Part shown: positions 41,290 to 50,773 of the stretch, in pieces
Numbering within the stretch: position 1 is the first letter of the stretch
Layout: each line of letters starts with the position of its first letter
From: Armatimonadota bacterium
Lineage (GTDB): Bacteria; Armatimonadota; Armatimonadia; Armatimonadales; Armatimonadaceae
Direction: 5' to 3'
DNA: 57,440 nucleotides
NCBI GenBank assembly: GCA_043754515.1
Contig: JAYUUO010000033.1
Span: forward strand, 1 to 57,440
The notes under the pieces: model-generated
What the model was told of the DNA's origin: nothing
What the model saw: the letters and a program-made list of their open reading frames with translations, nothing else
Database searches by the model: none
Program-made: the position numbers and the translations under genes

Positions 41290-41559
41290 ATGAGCGAGAT
41301 GTCAATGACCGAAACAGTAGGCGGAGAACCGTATGAGTATGTGCCGCTCGGCGAGCATGTCGTCCGCGCGGTCGGCGTCTGCCGGGGGCGGCCCACGTTC
41401 AAGTACACCCGCGTCGAAGTTGCAGGGGTGCTAGACAGGCTCGCTGATAAGGAAACACTCGACGCGATCGCGGACGGCTATAACGGCTACGTCTCGCGCG
41501 ACGCCATCGTCGAATCTATCCAACTCGCCGCCACACCCGCGCTATCGCTTCCGGTTTAG
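41290..41559 (+). CDS. DUF433 domain protein
   Basis: VCRGRPTFKYTRVEVAGVL...IADGY...DAIVESI. Confidence 0.8.
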   Translation: MSEMSMTETVGGEPYEYVPLGEHVVRAVGVCRGRPTFKYTRVEVAGVLDRLADKETLDAIADGYNGYVSRDAIVESIQLAATPALSLPV

Positions 41560-41573
41560 AAACCTGACCGACG

Positions 41574-42236
41574 TCACCCGGCAGGCGTTTCCACTGCGTC
41601 CCGCTTCGCCCCTTCCCTCCGGTGCTTGACGACCTCCAGCACGACCGGGATCACCGACACGACCACGATGCCGAGCGCGAACAGCTCGAAGTGCTTTTTC
41701 ACGATGTCGAAGTTACCGAAGAAGTAGCCCGCCCCCAGGCAGACGCCGACCCAGAGCAACGCGCCCGCGACGCTATACCCGATGAAATGCGCGAACGTCA
41801 TCTTGCCCATGCCCGCCGTGAACGGCGCGAAGGTGCGCACGATCGGCACGAACCGCGCCCGGATGATCGCCTGACCGCCGTACTGCGCGAAGAACCCTTC
41901 CGTCTTTGCCAGGTACTCCCGCTTGAACAGTTTCGACTTGCCGTTGAATAGCCGCTCGCCGAAAAACTTGCCGATGGTGTAGTTGACCACATCCCCGCAT
42001 AAAGCCGCCGTGAACAGGAGCACCGCGAGCAGGAGCGGGTTTAAGCCGTTACCCGGATCGGCGGAAAGCGCGCCGACCGCGAACAGGAGCGAGTCGCCGG
42101 GCAGGAACGGCAACACAACCAGACCGGTCTCGGTGAAGATAATGGCGAAGAGCAGGACGTAGACGAGCGAGTGGTACTGCGTGATAAACGTGGCGAGGAA
42201 CTCGCGGGTGTGGCGGAGCAGGTCGAGAGGGTTCAT
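41574..42236 (-). CDS. dedA: DedA family membrane protein
   Basis: FTETGLVVLPFLPGDSLLF, GDVVNY, ARFVPIVRTFAPF. Confidence 0.93.
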   Translation of the reverse strand: MNPLDLLRHTREFLATFITQYHSLVYVLLFAIIFTETGLVVLPFLPGDSLLFAVGALSADPGNGLNPLLLAVLLFTAALCGDVVNYTIGKFFGERLFNGKSKLFKREYLAKTEGFFAQYGGQAIIRARFVPIVRTFAPFTAGMGKMTFAHFIGYSVAGALLWVGVCLGAGYFFGNFDIVKKHFELFALGIVVVSVIPVVLEVVKHRREGAKRDAVETPAG

Positions 42237-42366
42237 GTAAGTTGCCGGTTCGCCGCGCGGGTGCAGGAATCCTCCCCGATGAAGCGCGGCGCGGGCAGGG
42301 TGGCCTGGACAAAAAGACGCGCCCGGAGCAGGATTGCTTCGGGCGCGTCCGACTGTGCATGGACTG

Positions 42367-44010
42367 CTACGCTGTTCCGCCCGTAAACCCACCCGCCGCG
42401 AAGAATGTCGCGATGTACTTGGCACCGTTGATGGCGATCTCCATGTTGCCCGCGACCCCTGGACTAGTTCGCACTTCACCCGGAGTCGTGGACGGGGACG
42501 GGGACGGGGTCGGCGAAGCTCCCGGCGACGGAGAGGGGCCGGGCGTAGGCGTCGTCGTGACGGATGCGGTTCTCTCGATAGGAACCACCTGCTTGGATAA
42601 TTTGCCGTCGAACACGAACTCGCTGATCGTCCCGCTCATCCGCCCGTCGTTAGACAGCCGCGCACGCATCACCATCGCCTTGCCCCTCGACGTAGCTACC
42701 ACGTTCCCATCCTTGTCGATGGCAAGGACGGCACTCTGGATGGAACCGAGTAGTTCGCCTTGCTTATCCACGGTAAAACTGATCTGCCCATACCGGCTGA
42801 TCGTGTCTACGGGAAGCGTGTCCCCACCGACGGTGACCCGGAAGGTCGGCCCCACGTCGGAAGTGCTGGAGAAAGACCCCCTGAAAATGCTGTCCGGCTC
42901 GGACGCTCCGACAGACACTTCGAAGTTGCCCGGTAGGTTCGCACCGTTGATGGTGAATACGAAATCACCCGACAACTTGCCACTGACTGTACTCGTGCCG
43001 AGACGCCCCGTGATCGGACGGGGCGTTAGTCCACTCGCCGCGTCGTACGTCACGGTACCCGTGAAACGCCCCGTGTTCTGGAAAGCACCGGTAAACAACC
43101 CGACGGGCGAATTGTTGTTCTGGCTGAAGAACCCGGTCAGCGCGCCGGACGGATCAACCGTGAACGAGACGTTCCCCGTCTCGTTCTGCTCCGGCAGGCT
43201 ATACGTGCCCCGGTAGGAACCCTTGTAGACGCTGTCCCCGGTTTTGACCGTGGTCGGCCCGAACGAGCCGGCTACGGCGCGGCCGCCGATAGTCTCCGTG
43301 AAGTTTCCCAGCGTGCTGTTATCCGTCGTCTTGATCAGTGTCCCCTGGAACTGAGTTGTCTCGGTCCGGAACTTGATCGAGGCGGTGAAACTTCCAGTAC
43401 CCGCCACCAACCCTGTCAACAGCCCGGTCTCGTCGGCGCGGGTGAGAGACCCCGTCATGTTACCCGCCGCATCCACGCTGAACGAGGTAGTCCCGTTCTG
43501 GTTCAGCTCCGGGATGTTGTACACGCCGTTATAGAACCCCTGGAAGCCACTCGTGCCAGATGCCGGGGGCGTGCCACCGACCAGGAAGCTACCGGATGAT
43601 CGCGTTGTCCCCTCGCTCAGAGAGAAGTTACCGCCGGTGATCGGCGTGGCAGTTGGGAGTGCTCCGGGTGCCAGTACGCTGGCACCGCCGGACATGATAC
43701 CACTGAGTTGGCCACGCACGTTCGCGCCGCGATCAAAGGTGTCCGCGGTGAAACTGCCGTCACTTTTCAGGGTACCGCTCACCTCGCGGACTTTCCCGCC
43801 CTGGTTGTCGAGCGAGCCGGTTATGTTCCCTTTGGTGTCCACGGTGAAGTTAAAGAGACCTGTTTCACCTGTCTGTGCGATGGTGTAGGCGGAGCGGTAC
43901 GCGCCGCCGTAAGACGTGTTCTTCGTCGTGCCGGAACCGCAACCGGCGAGGAGCAACGCGCTGGTCGCCCCCAGGGAGTAGAGAAACGCGGAGCGGGAGA
44001 GTTTAGCCAT
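42367..44010 (-). CDS. Gly/Thr-rich lipoprotein with four internal beta-rich repeats
   Basis: Lipobox LAGC; repeats [YF]xGx[YF]...GxxxF[TS]VDxxGxxxGxx; Pro/Ser/Thr linker near the C-terminus. Confidence 0.8.
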   Translation of the reverse strand: MAKLSRSAFLYSLGATSALLLAGCGSGTTKNTSYGGAYRSAYTIAQTGETGLFNFTVDTKGNITGSLDNQGGKVREVSGTLKSDGSFTADTFDRGANVRGQLSGIMSGGASVLAPGALPTATPITGGNFSLSEGTTRSSGSFLVGGTPPASGTSGFQGFYNGVYNIPELNQNGTTSFSVDAAGNMTGSLTRADETGLLTGLVAGTGSFTASIKFRTETTQFQGTLIKTTDNSTLGNFTETIGGRAVAGSFGPTTVKTGDSVYKGSYRGTYSLPEQNETGNVSFTVDPSGALTGFFSQNNNSPVGLFTGAFQNTGRFTGTVTYDAASGLTPRPITGRLGTSTVSGKLSGDFVFTINGANLPGNFEVSVGASEPDSIFRGSFSSTSDVGPTFRVTVGGDTLPVDTISRYGQISFTVDKQGELLGSIQSAVLAIDKDGNVVATSRGKAMVMRARLSNDGRMSGTISEFVFDGKLSKQVVPIERTASVTTTPTPGPSPSPGASPTPSPSPSTTPGEVRTSPGVAGNMEIAINGAKYIATFFAAGGFTGGTA

Positions 44011-44411
44011 CCGTACATCAAATCCTTTCGCGTCTGTTCGAGAACGACTTTCGCGGCCCGGTCGGAACCCGGTCGTCTCATCTATGGCGCATCTTTCTTA
44101 AATATCGGTAAGTAGGGCGGCAGGATTTAGCCCTGATTGTTCCGGACTGCTTATAGCCCGTGTCGCCGCCCCCAAGCCCGGTACCGGGGTGCCCGCCGCT
44201 CTGCCATATCTTCGCCTATTAGGTTGATCCGAAAGCATGAAAGTTCCTTCTATTTTCCTGCGTCCATGTTTGAAACCGGGAAATTAGGGGGAGAAAGGCT
44301 CGGCGTCGCCGGGCCGGTCCCACGCACGCCCTCGGGCGGGCGGTGCCGCCCGACGGTTGGTAACATAGTGCTGGGGAACCATGCCCAGGAGCGGGTGGTT
44401 CGGGGATCAAT

Positions 44412-45350
44412 ATGGCAAAACAACGACAACGACTCGCGGCGGCCTTGAGCCTGATCGCGCTGGCGTCCGCCGCGTGGCTCAAACCGGCGGCCGCGAGCGA
44501 CCTGATCACACAGTTCGAGGAGTCCCAAGCACTCGGGAATCGCCTGAACGGCAAGATCGAGAAGCAGTTCTTCGCGGCACCCGCGCTCGGCAAGAACCAG
44601 ACGCGCCGCGTCTATGTCTACACCCCGCCTGGATACACCGGCGTCGGGTCGCGCGCCTACCCGGTGCTGATCCTGCTCCACGGCACGCCCGGCGACCCGG
44701 TGGAATGGCTGTATCGCGGGTCGGCACATAAAAATATAGACGCCCTGATCAAAAGTGGGAAGGTGCCGCCGTTCATCGCCGTCTTCCCCGACGGGCACGG
44801 GCCGTTCACCAAATACGGCTCCGAGTGGGCGGACGCGGTAAGCGGCAAGAGTAACATGGAGACCGCGGTCTCGCGCGATCTCATCGCGTGGCTCCGGCAG
44901 AACTACCGGGTCCCCACCAACCCGGCATTCTGGGCCATAGGCGGGCTGTCCGCGGGGGGCTACGGCGCGGCGAACCTCATGACGCGTCACCCGGACACGT
45001 TCCGCGGCGCCCTTGTGCTGTCCGGCGACTTTGACGTGAGCGACGACTGGGGCGATGCGGAGGCGGTGTTCGGTAGCGACCCCAGAGTGCGTATCGCGAA
45101 CTCCCCGCTACGCTCCATCCACAAACTCGCCCCTGACGCGCGATCTAAATTGTTCTTTTATATCGCGGTCGGGCAGGACGACGATACCGACCTGGTGGCC
45201 CAAAACGAGGCATTCGCCCGGCTCTGCCGGTCGCTGAACATCCCGGTCGTGCTTGACGACGAGCGCGGCGGGCACCAATGGGGTTTCTGGAGTAGCCACC
45301 TTAAATCCGGCATCCTGGCCTGGGCGCGCCATTTAGGTGGAACGAAATAA
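44412..45350 (+). CDS. secreted alpha/beta-fold esterase (CE1/Fes-like)
   Basis: Signal peptide; VYTPPGY, YPVLILLHG, GLSAGG nucleophile elbow, GGHQWGFW. Confidence 0.88.
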   Translation: MAKQRQRLAAALSLIALASAAWLKPAAASDLITQFEESQALGNRLNGKIEKQFFAAPALGKNQTRRVYVYTPPGYTGVGSRAYPVLILLHGTPGDPVEWLYRGSAHKNIDALIKSGKVPPFIAVFPDGHGPFTKYGSEWADAVSGKSNMETAVSRDLIAWLRQNYRVPTNPAFWAIGGLSAGGYGAANLMTRHPDTFRGALVLSGDFDVSDDWGDAEAVFGSDPRVRIANSPLRSIHKLAPDARSKLFFYIAVGQDDDTDLVAQNEAFARLCRSLNIPVVLDDERGGHQWGFWSSHLKSGILAWARHLGGTK

Positions 45351-45412
45351 CCCCCTGCCACCGTAGCAAAGCGGGTCAATTAACAGGAAGAACGATTGCA
45401 GAACCGCACCGC

Positions 45413-46558
45413 ATGACGAATCAAGAAACGACCGCCGGGGACGGCGTGAACCAGACGCCGCCGACAGAAGCGAAGGGGCACTCGGGCGGCAAACGCACCC
45501 TGCTGTTCGGGGCACTGCTCGTCGTCTTCCTCATCATTGCCTACATACGCAAACACGAAGTGATTGAGGTATGGCATAAACTCCAGGCCGGGGACCCGCG
45601 CCTGATCGCGCTCGCCATGGGTATCCAGGCGTTATACTGGTTCACGTTCGCCGCCAACTACAAAGCCTCTTACCGCGTGGTGGGTCTGCATAGCCGGGTG
45701 CGGGATCTGCTACCGGTCTGGCTCGGCTCGCTGTTCGTGAACATCGCCGCGCCCGCCGCCGCGCCCGCCGTTTTTTTAGACGAGGCGATCCGGCGCGGCC
45801 AGTCCCCCGCGAAAGCCGCCGCCGGGCTACTCGTCCTGCGCCTGACCGACTTCGGCACGCTCTGCGTTTTTATCGCGTTCGGCATCGCGACAATGGCGAC
45901 GCGCCTCGCGGTGCACCCGTGGCAGTCAAAAATCTTGCTCGGGCACTGCATCGCGCTCGCGATACTGACCGTCATCACAATAGTTTGGAGCGGGCCTCTG
46001 TTCCTCGCCCGGTGGCGACCGAAGGCTCTCTACGTGGTGCTGAATGCCATTCGCGGCCTGGTAAACGGCGCGTTCCGCCTCCTCAAACGCCCCGAGCCGC
46101 TCGCGGTCGGGGGCGACAACGACTGGACCGATATGCACGCGAAGAACTTTGCCCAGAGCGCGGAACTCGCGCTGGCGAATCCTGCCCGTCTGCTAGTGCC
46201 GACGGCGGTGGCGATCACGGCGCATCTGCTGGACTGGGCGTCGCTCCATGTCGTGCTTCTCGCCTTCGGGATAAACGCCGGGCCGGGCGTCAGCCTGATC
46301 GCGTTCTCGGTCTGCCTTCTGTACTGGATCGTTTCACCCACCCCGGATGGCGTGGGGTTCGTCGAGGGTGCGATCGCGCTGACACTGGTAACGGTCGGTG
46401 TCGCGCAGAAGCACGAGGCGGTTGCCGCCGCGATCGCGTTCCGCGGAATAACGCTGTACCTGCCCGTCCTGATTGGCGGCATTTGCCTGCCGCGACTAGC
46501 CGCCGCCGTGCCCCCCGCCCCCGCCGTGGGGGTTGAACCGGGCGCGCGGGAAGCCTGA
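45413..46558 (+). CDS. lysylphosphatidylglycerol synthase TM (flippase-like) domain protein
   Basis: Multi-TM; SPTPDGVGFVEG and AFRGITLYLP motifs. Confidence 0.82.
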   Translation: MTNQETTAGDGVNQTPPTEAKGHSGGKRTLLFGALLVVFLIIAYIRKHEVIEVWHKLQAGDPRLIALAMGIQALYWFTFAANYKASYRVVGLHSRVRDLLPVWLGSLFVNIAAPAAAPAVFLDEAIRRGQSPAKAAAGLLVLRLTDFGTLCVFIAFGIATMATRLAVHPWQSKILLGHCIALAILTVITIVWSGPLFLARWRPKALYVVLNAIRGLVNGAFRLLKRPEPLAVGGDNDWTDMHAKNFAQSAELALANPARLLVPTAVAITAHLLDWASLHVVLLAFGINAGPGVSLIAFSVCLLYWIVSPTPDGVGFVEGAIALTLVTVGVAQKHEAVAAAIAFRGITLYLPVLIGGICLPRLAAAVPPAPAVGVEPGAREA

Positions 46559-46562
46559 ACCG

Positions 46563-48299
46563 ATGAGCCGCCGCACACCGCCGAGGATCATTGCCGTCCG
46601 CGCGGTCGCCCTGTTGACCGCGCTGATGGGCGTGGTCAACCTGCTCTCCGCCGTGCTACCGGCACTGCACGCCCGGTTCGTGGTGCTCCGCGCCTTTCTA
46701 CCGCTCGAAGTGGTGCGCGGGGCGCATCTGGCGTCCGCGCTCGCCGGGTTCGCCCTGCTCGTGGTGGCGATCGGGCTGTGGCGTCGCAAGAAGGTGGCGT
46801 GGATTATCACGATGGGGCTGTGCGTCGTCACCGCCGTCAGCCATTTGATCAAAGGTCTCGACTGGGAGGAGGCGACGGGCGCGCTGGTACTCGCGGCGAC
46901 TCTGCTCGCCCTGCGCCGGATGTTCGTCGCCCGCTCCGACCGTCCCGCGCTCTGGCAGGGCCTGGTTGTGACTGGGATCGCGTTCCTGTTCACACTCCTC
47001 TACGGCGTCACCGGCTTCTACCTGCTCGACCGGCACTTCAAGCAGGACTTCGGACTGCTCGAAGCACTCCAGCAGACGATCGCGATGTACACGCGCTTCG
47101 CTGATCCGCCACCCCAGCCCGCGACGTCGTTCGGACGCTGGTTCGCGGATTCTATCTATACCGTCGGCGCGGTGACACTCGGATTCGGTCTGTTCTCGCT
47201 CCTGCGACCCGTGCTACACCGCTCGGCGATGACGCAGGAGGACCGCGCGCGGGCGAAGGCGACCATCGAGAAACACGGCCGGTCGTCGCTCGCCCGCTTC
47301 GACCTGTTCGACGACAAATCGTACCTGTTCACCCCGGGCGGCTCCGTGGTCGCGTTCGGCGTGTCGGGCCGGTTCTGTATCGCGCTCGGTGACCCGGTGG
47401 GACCGCCCGAGGACGCCGCCGTCGCGATCGCGGCGTTCCAGGAGCGGTGCGAGAGCAACGACTGGACTCCCGCGTTCTTTCAAACCCTGCCCGAGCTGCT
47501 CCCCACGTACGCCGAAAGAGGCTTCCGCGCCCTGCCCATCGGGAGCGAGGCCGTGGTTGACCTCGCGATGTTCACGCTCCAGGGCAAGCCAGCCAAAACG
47601 CTACGGAACGCGGTCACCCGGCTGGAGCGCGAGGGCGTTACGGGCACCGTCTCATATCCCCCGCATTCGCCCGAACTGATGCGCCAGTTCCGTGCGATCA
47701 GCGACGAGTGGCTACTGGAGCAGAAGGGCGCGGAGAAGCGGTTCTCGCTCGGATGGCATGACGAGGAGTATCTACAGGACGGGCCGATCGCGCTGGCGCG
47801 CGACGTCACCGGGTACGTGCTGGCGTTCGCGAACATTATCCCTGAATACCAGATCAGCGAGTGTACGATTGACCTGACGCGCCGCCGCGTGGACGCGCCG
47901 AACGGGGTGATGGATCTGCTGTATGTCACGCTCTTCGAGTGGGCGAAGGGGCGCGGGTTCGCTGCGTTCAACCTGGGCCTGTCGCCGCTGTTCGGGGTGG
48001 GGGACGCGCCCGACGATCCCGCCATCCATCGCGCCGTGGCGTTTCTGCGGGCGCACTTCGAGCAGTTCTACTCGTTCGGCGGCTTGCAACGCTACAAGTC
48101 GAAGTTCCGCCCGCGCTGGGAGCCGCGCTACCTCGTTTACATGCACGAGGCGCAGTTGCCGCAGGTGGCGCTCGCCATCATCCAGCTCGACAACGGGGAC
48201 GCGCCGCTCTGGCGGTACGTGTTCCCGGCGAGGCGCGCCGCCATCGCGCCGGGGGAGGGGGGGACGCGCCGCTGGCGGCTTGACGGGCGGGTGGTGTAG
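46563..48299 (+). CDS. aminoacyl-phosphatidylglycerol synthase domain protein (MprF C-terminal, DUF2156)
   Basis: HLIKGLDWEEA, DKSYLF, ALGDPVG, EKRFSLG, PNGVMD, FNLGLSPL, YKSKFRPRWEPRY. Confidence 0.9.
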   Translation: MSRRTPPRIIAVRAVALLTALMGVVNLLSAVLPALHARFVVLRAFLPLEVVRGAHLASALAGFALLVVAIGLWRRKKVAWIITMGLCVVTAVSHLIKGLDWEEATGALVLAATLLALRRMFVARSDRPALWQGLVVTGIAFLFTLLYGVTGFYLLDRHFKQDFGLLEALQQTIAMYTRFADPPPQPATSFGRWFADSIYTVGAVTLGFGLFSLLRPVLHRSAMTQEDRARAKATIEKHGRSSLARFDLFDDKSYLFTPGGSVVAFGVSGRFCIALGDPVGPPEDAAVAIAAFQERCESNDWTPAFFQTLPELLPTYAERGFRALPIGSEAVVDLAMFTLQGKPAKTLRNAVTRLEREGVTGTVSYPPHSPELMRQFRAISDEWLLEQKGAEKRFSLGWHDEEYLQDGPIALARDVTGYVLAFANIIPEYQISECTIDLTRRRVDAPNGVMDLLYVTLFEWAKGRGFAAFNLGLSPLFGVGDAPDDPAIHRAVAFLRAHFEQFYSFGGLQRYKSKFRPRWEPRYLVYMHEAQLPQVALAIIQLDNGDAPLWRYVFPARRAAIAPGEGGTRRWRLDGRVV

Positions 48300-48433
48300 A
48301 CGGAGTCGGTGGTGGGAGGCCACGCTCGTTCAGGCTCCCACCGCGGCAGGTTCGCCTCGTCGGACTCCCGCCGCCGACGCCAGCACCACCCGCCCGCGCG
48401 GAACATTCGCGGACACCCGCGAATCAAACCGTT

Positions 48434-49428
48434 ATGTTCAATCGTCACCTGTCCCGCGCCACTCGTCCGTTCCGCGCCCCCCTGATCCGCGTGTCCCTCT
48501 TCGGCGCTATCGGGGTTGCACTGTTCAGTGCTGTCTCACGCACGAACGCGACGGGCATGACCGCTCAACCCGCGCCGACCGATGCCGCGCGTGACGCGGC
48601 CCGCCTCGCGCGCGAAATCGTCTCTCCTACCGGTGATGTGTCCCGCGCCCGCTCCCAACTGCTGATCCTGGTCGAGGCGCACCCGGACGCGGATCTGCCC
48701 GAGACCTTCGCGCCCGCCCTGCGCGACGAGAACACGTTCACCGCGCTACTCGCCACTTACGATGACGCGGCGGCCACAACGAAGGACCCGCCGACCCGCG
48801 CTTTCATCCGGTTTACATGCTCCGTCTCGTTCTCGCCCGCGCCGCGTTCCTGTCCACCCCGGCGCGCCGTTCGCTCCTCGCCCGCGTGACAAACCTGGTC
48901 GAAACGCTGGCCAAAGATAACAAAGGGGACGCCGCCGTCTGGGAGGCGACGGGCGACCTGTACGCGCTGAAAGACGACGCGGCAAATGCCGCCGCCGCGT
49001 ATCGCCGCATGGGCGCGCTCGGCCCCGCACCGCTCGCGGCCTACAAAACGGCACGCGCCTACCAGCGCGTCCGCGACACGTCGCAGGCACGCGCTGCCTA
49101 CGAAGCGGGCATCAAAGCCGACGCCGCGCAAGGGGCGGCGAAAAGCAGCGGATTGACGCGTCACCTACTGTATCAGGGGCTAGCGTCGCTTTATCTCGCC
49201 GACGGGCGCGATAAGGACGCCGCCACCGCGCTCCTCTTCTCCGCGCGGGTCAAACCCGACCCCGACGCGCCGTACGCGCTCCGGTTCGATGTCGCGGACG
49301 CCCTGCGCAAGCGCGGCTACGCCAAAGAGGTACGAGCGTACGCGCAGGCGGTGCTACTCGTGACGCCGGACGACGAGACGGCGAAGCGGCTGGCGGGGGA
49401 GTCGGGGGTTGGGGCGGTTCGCCGGTAG
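48434..49428 (+). pseudogene. exported TPR-like protein split by a 1-nt frameshift near 48812-48816
   Basis: Signal-like N-terminal ORF (48434) runs ...ATC CGG TTT AC ATG CTC into the TPR-like ORF (48817-49428); one extra base fuses them. Confidence 0.65.
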
Positions 49429-49638
49429 TGCGGGTGGTCGTGCCCTCTCCCCCTAACCCCCTCTGCCCTCCGAAGGGAGAGGGGGAACCTCGCTTGTCGG
49501 TAGAGGTAGACGTCCCGATTCTCCGGGGCATCTATGTAACGACACGTCGAACCGCCTCCGCCCCTAGCGAGCGAGGTTCCCCCTCTCCCTTCGGAGGGCA
49601 GAGGGGGTTAGGGGGAGAGGGCACGACCACCCGCACTA
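49426..49638. mobile_element. 213-bp MITE/REPIN-like element
   Basis: Perfect 69-bp terminal IRs (49426-49494 / 49570-49638), TA at both ends; each arm has a CCCCCTCT..AGAGGGGG hairpin. Confidence 0.8.
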
Positions 49639-49690
49639 GCTGGACGGCACCAGACACCATCCCCAGCGCAAGAGGCGGTACAATTGCGTC

Positions 49691-50212
49691 ATGTCCTGGA
49701 ATTGGCTTGATGTATTAGTGGTGCTGCTCGCGGTCGGGCAGATCGGGATGGTGATCGTGATCGCGCGGATCGCGGGGGGCATCCGGCGCGGCGCGGTCGC
49801 CCGCCTGTCGGCTGTCGTCGGGCGCAACATCGTCTCGGGGGCTAAACTCGTTCAAACCGGGCGCGTCGTGGCGAGGGCAACCCTGCCCCATCTACTTCAT
49901 ACCCGCGATTCGCTGGCCAAAATACCGGGAGCGTTTCGGCCCATCGAGCTGTCGGACGCGCCGGTATCCTACCACTCGCTTATACGGAATGTGAATTCGC
50001 TCCGGGCGTTGCAACACGGCGGAAGGCGGGTTCGAGGAACGGCGCGGCAGAGCCGCGTCAGCCTTGCCGAACGCGCGGGCCTGGTGCCACCCGCGTGGAA
50101 AAGGATCGCGCCGCTCGCCGGGTACGCGGGCACGGTGCTGACCATCTGGCGGGAGGTGCGCAAGCAGTTGCCCGAGATCAGGCGTGTTCTTTCGGAACGC
50201 GGCTCTGCATGA
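49691..50212 (+). CDS. hypothetical membrane-anchored basic protein
   Basis: N-terminal TM (MSWNWLDVLVVLL); TACAAT 6 nt upstream. Confidence 0.65.
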   Translation: MSWNWLDVLVVLLAVGQIGMVIVIARIAGGIRRGAVARLSAVVGRNIVSGAKLVQTGRVVARATLPHLLHTRDSLAKIPGAFRPIELSDAPVSYHSLIRNVNSLRALQHGGRRVRGTARQSRVSLAERAGLVPPAWKRIAPLAGYAGTVLTIWREVRKQLPEIRRVLSERGSA

Positions 50213-50696
50213 TCAGTTCGCGGGCGGCCTCGACGTCGCGCCACTCGCCGATCTCCACCGATTTCTCCTCCAGCGTCTTGTAAACCTGGAAGAAGTGCTC
50301 GATCTCGCGCAGGATGTGTTCGGCGACGTGCGCCAGCCGCCGCACCCCGTGGTAGCGCGGGTCGTGCGACACGCGGGCGAGCACCTTCTCGTCCGGCCCT
50401 TTATCGTCGGTCATCATCAGCACCCCGAGCGGGCGGCACGTCACCACGCAACCGGGGAACGTCGGGTGCGAGCCGATCACCAGCACGTCGAGCGCGTCCC
50501 CGTCCTGTGACAGTGTTTCGGGTATCCAGCCGTAATCAAACGGGTAGAAGAGCGGCGAATAAAGAGGGCGATCCAGGCGGAAGACGCCGAGTTCCTTATC
50601 GTACTCGTACTTGTTGGACGAGCCGCGCGGGATCTCGATCACGGCGTTTATCTCTTCGGGGGCTTTATCCCCGATCGGTAGTGTACGAAACGGCAT
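50178..50696 (-). CDS. ppa: inorganic pyrophosphatase (family I)
   Basis: IEIPRGS.NKYEYD, LDRPLY, YG.IPET...DGDALDVLV, DEKV. Confidence 0.97.
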   Translation of the reverse strand: MPFRTLPIGDKAPEEINAVIEIPRGSSNKYEYDKELGVFRLDRPLYSPLFYPFDYGWIPETLSQDGDALDVLVIGSHPTFPGCVVTCRPLGVLMMTDDKGPDEKVLARVSHDPRYHGVRRLAHVAEHILREIEHFFQVYKTLEEKSVEIGEWRDVEAARELIMQSRVPKEHA

Positions 50697-50773
50697 AGAC
50701 TGACTTTCTATCTCTCCGGCGAGACGAAAAAAGATTGGCGGCGAGACGGCGGTGCCCCCCGCCTTGCGTAGAG

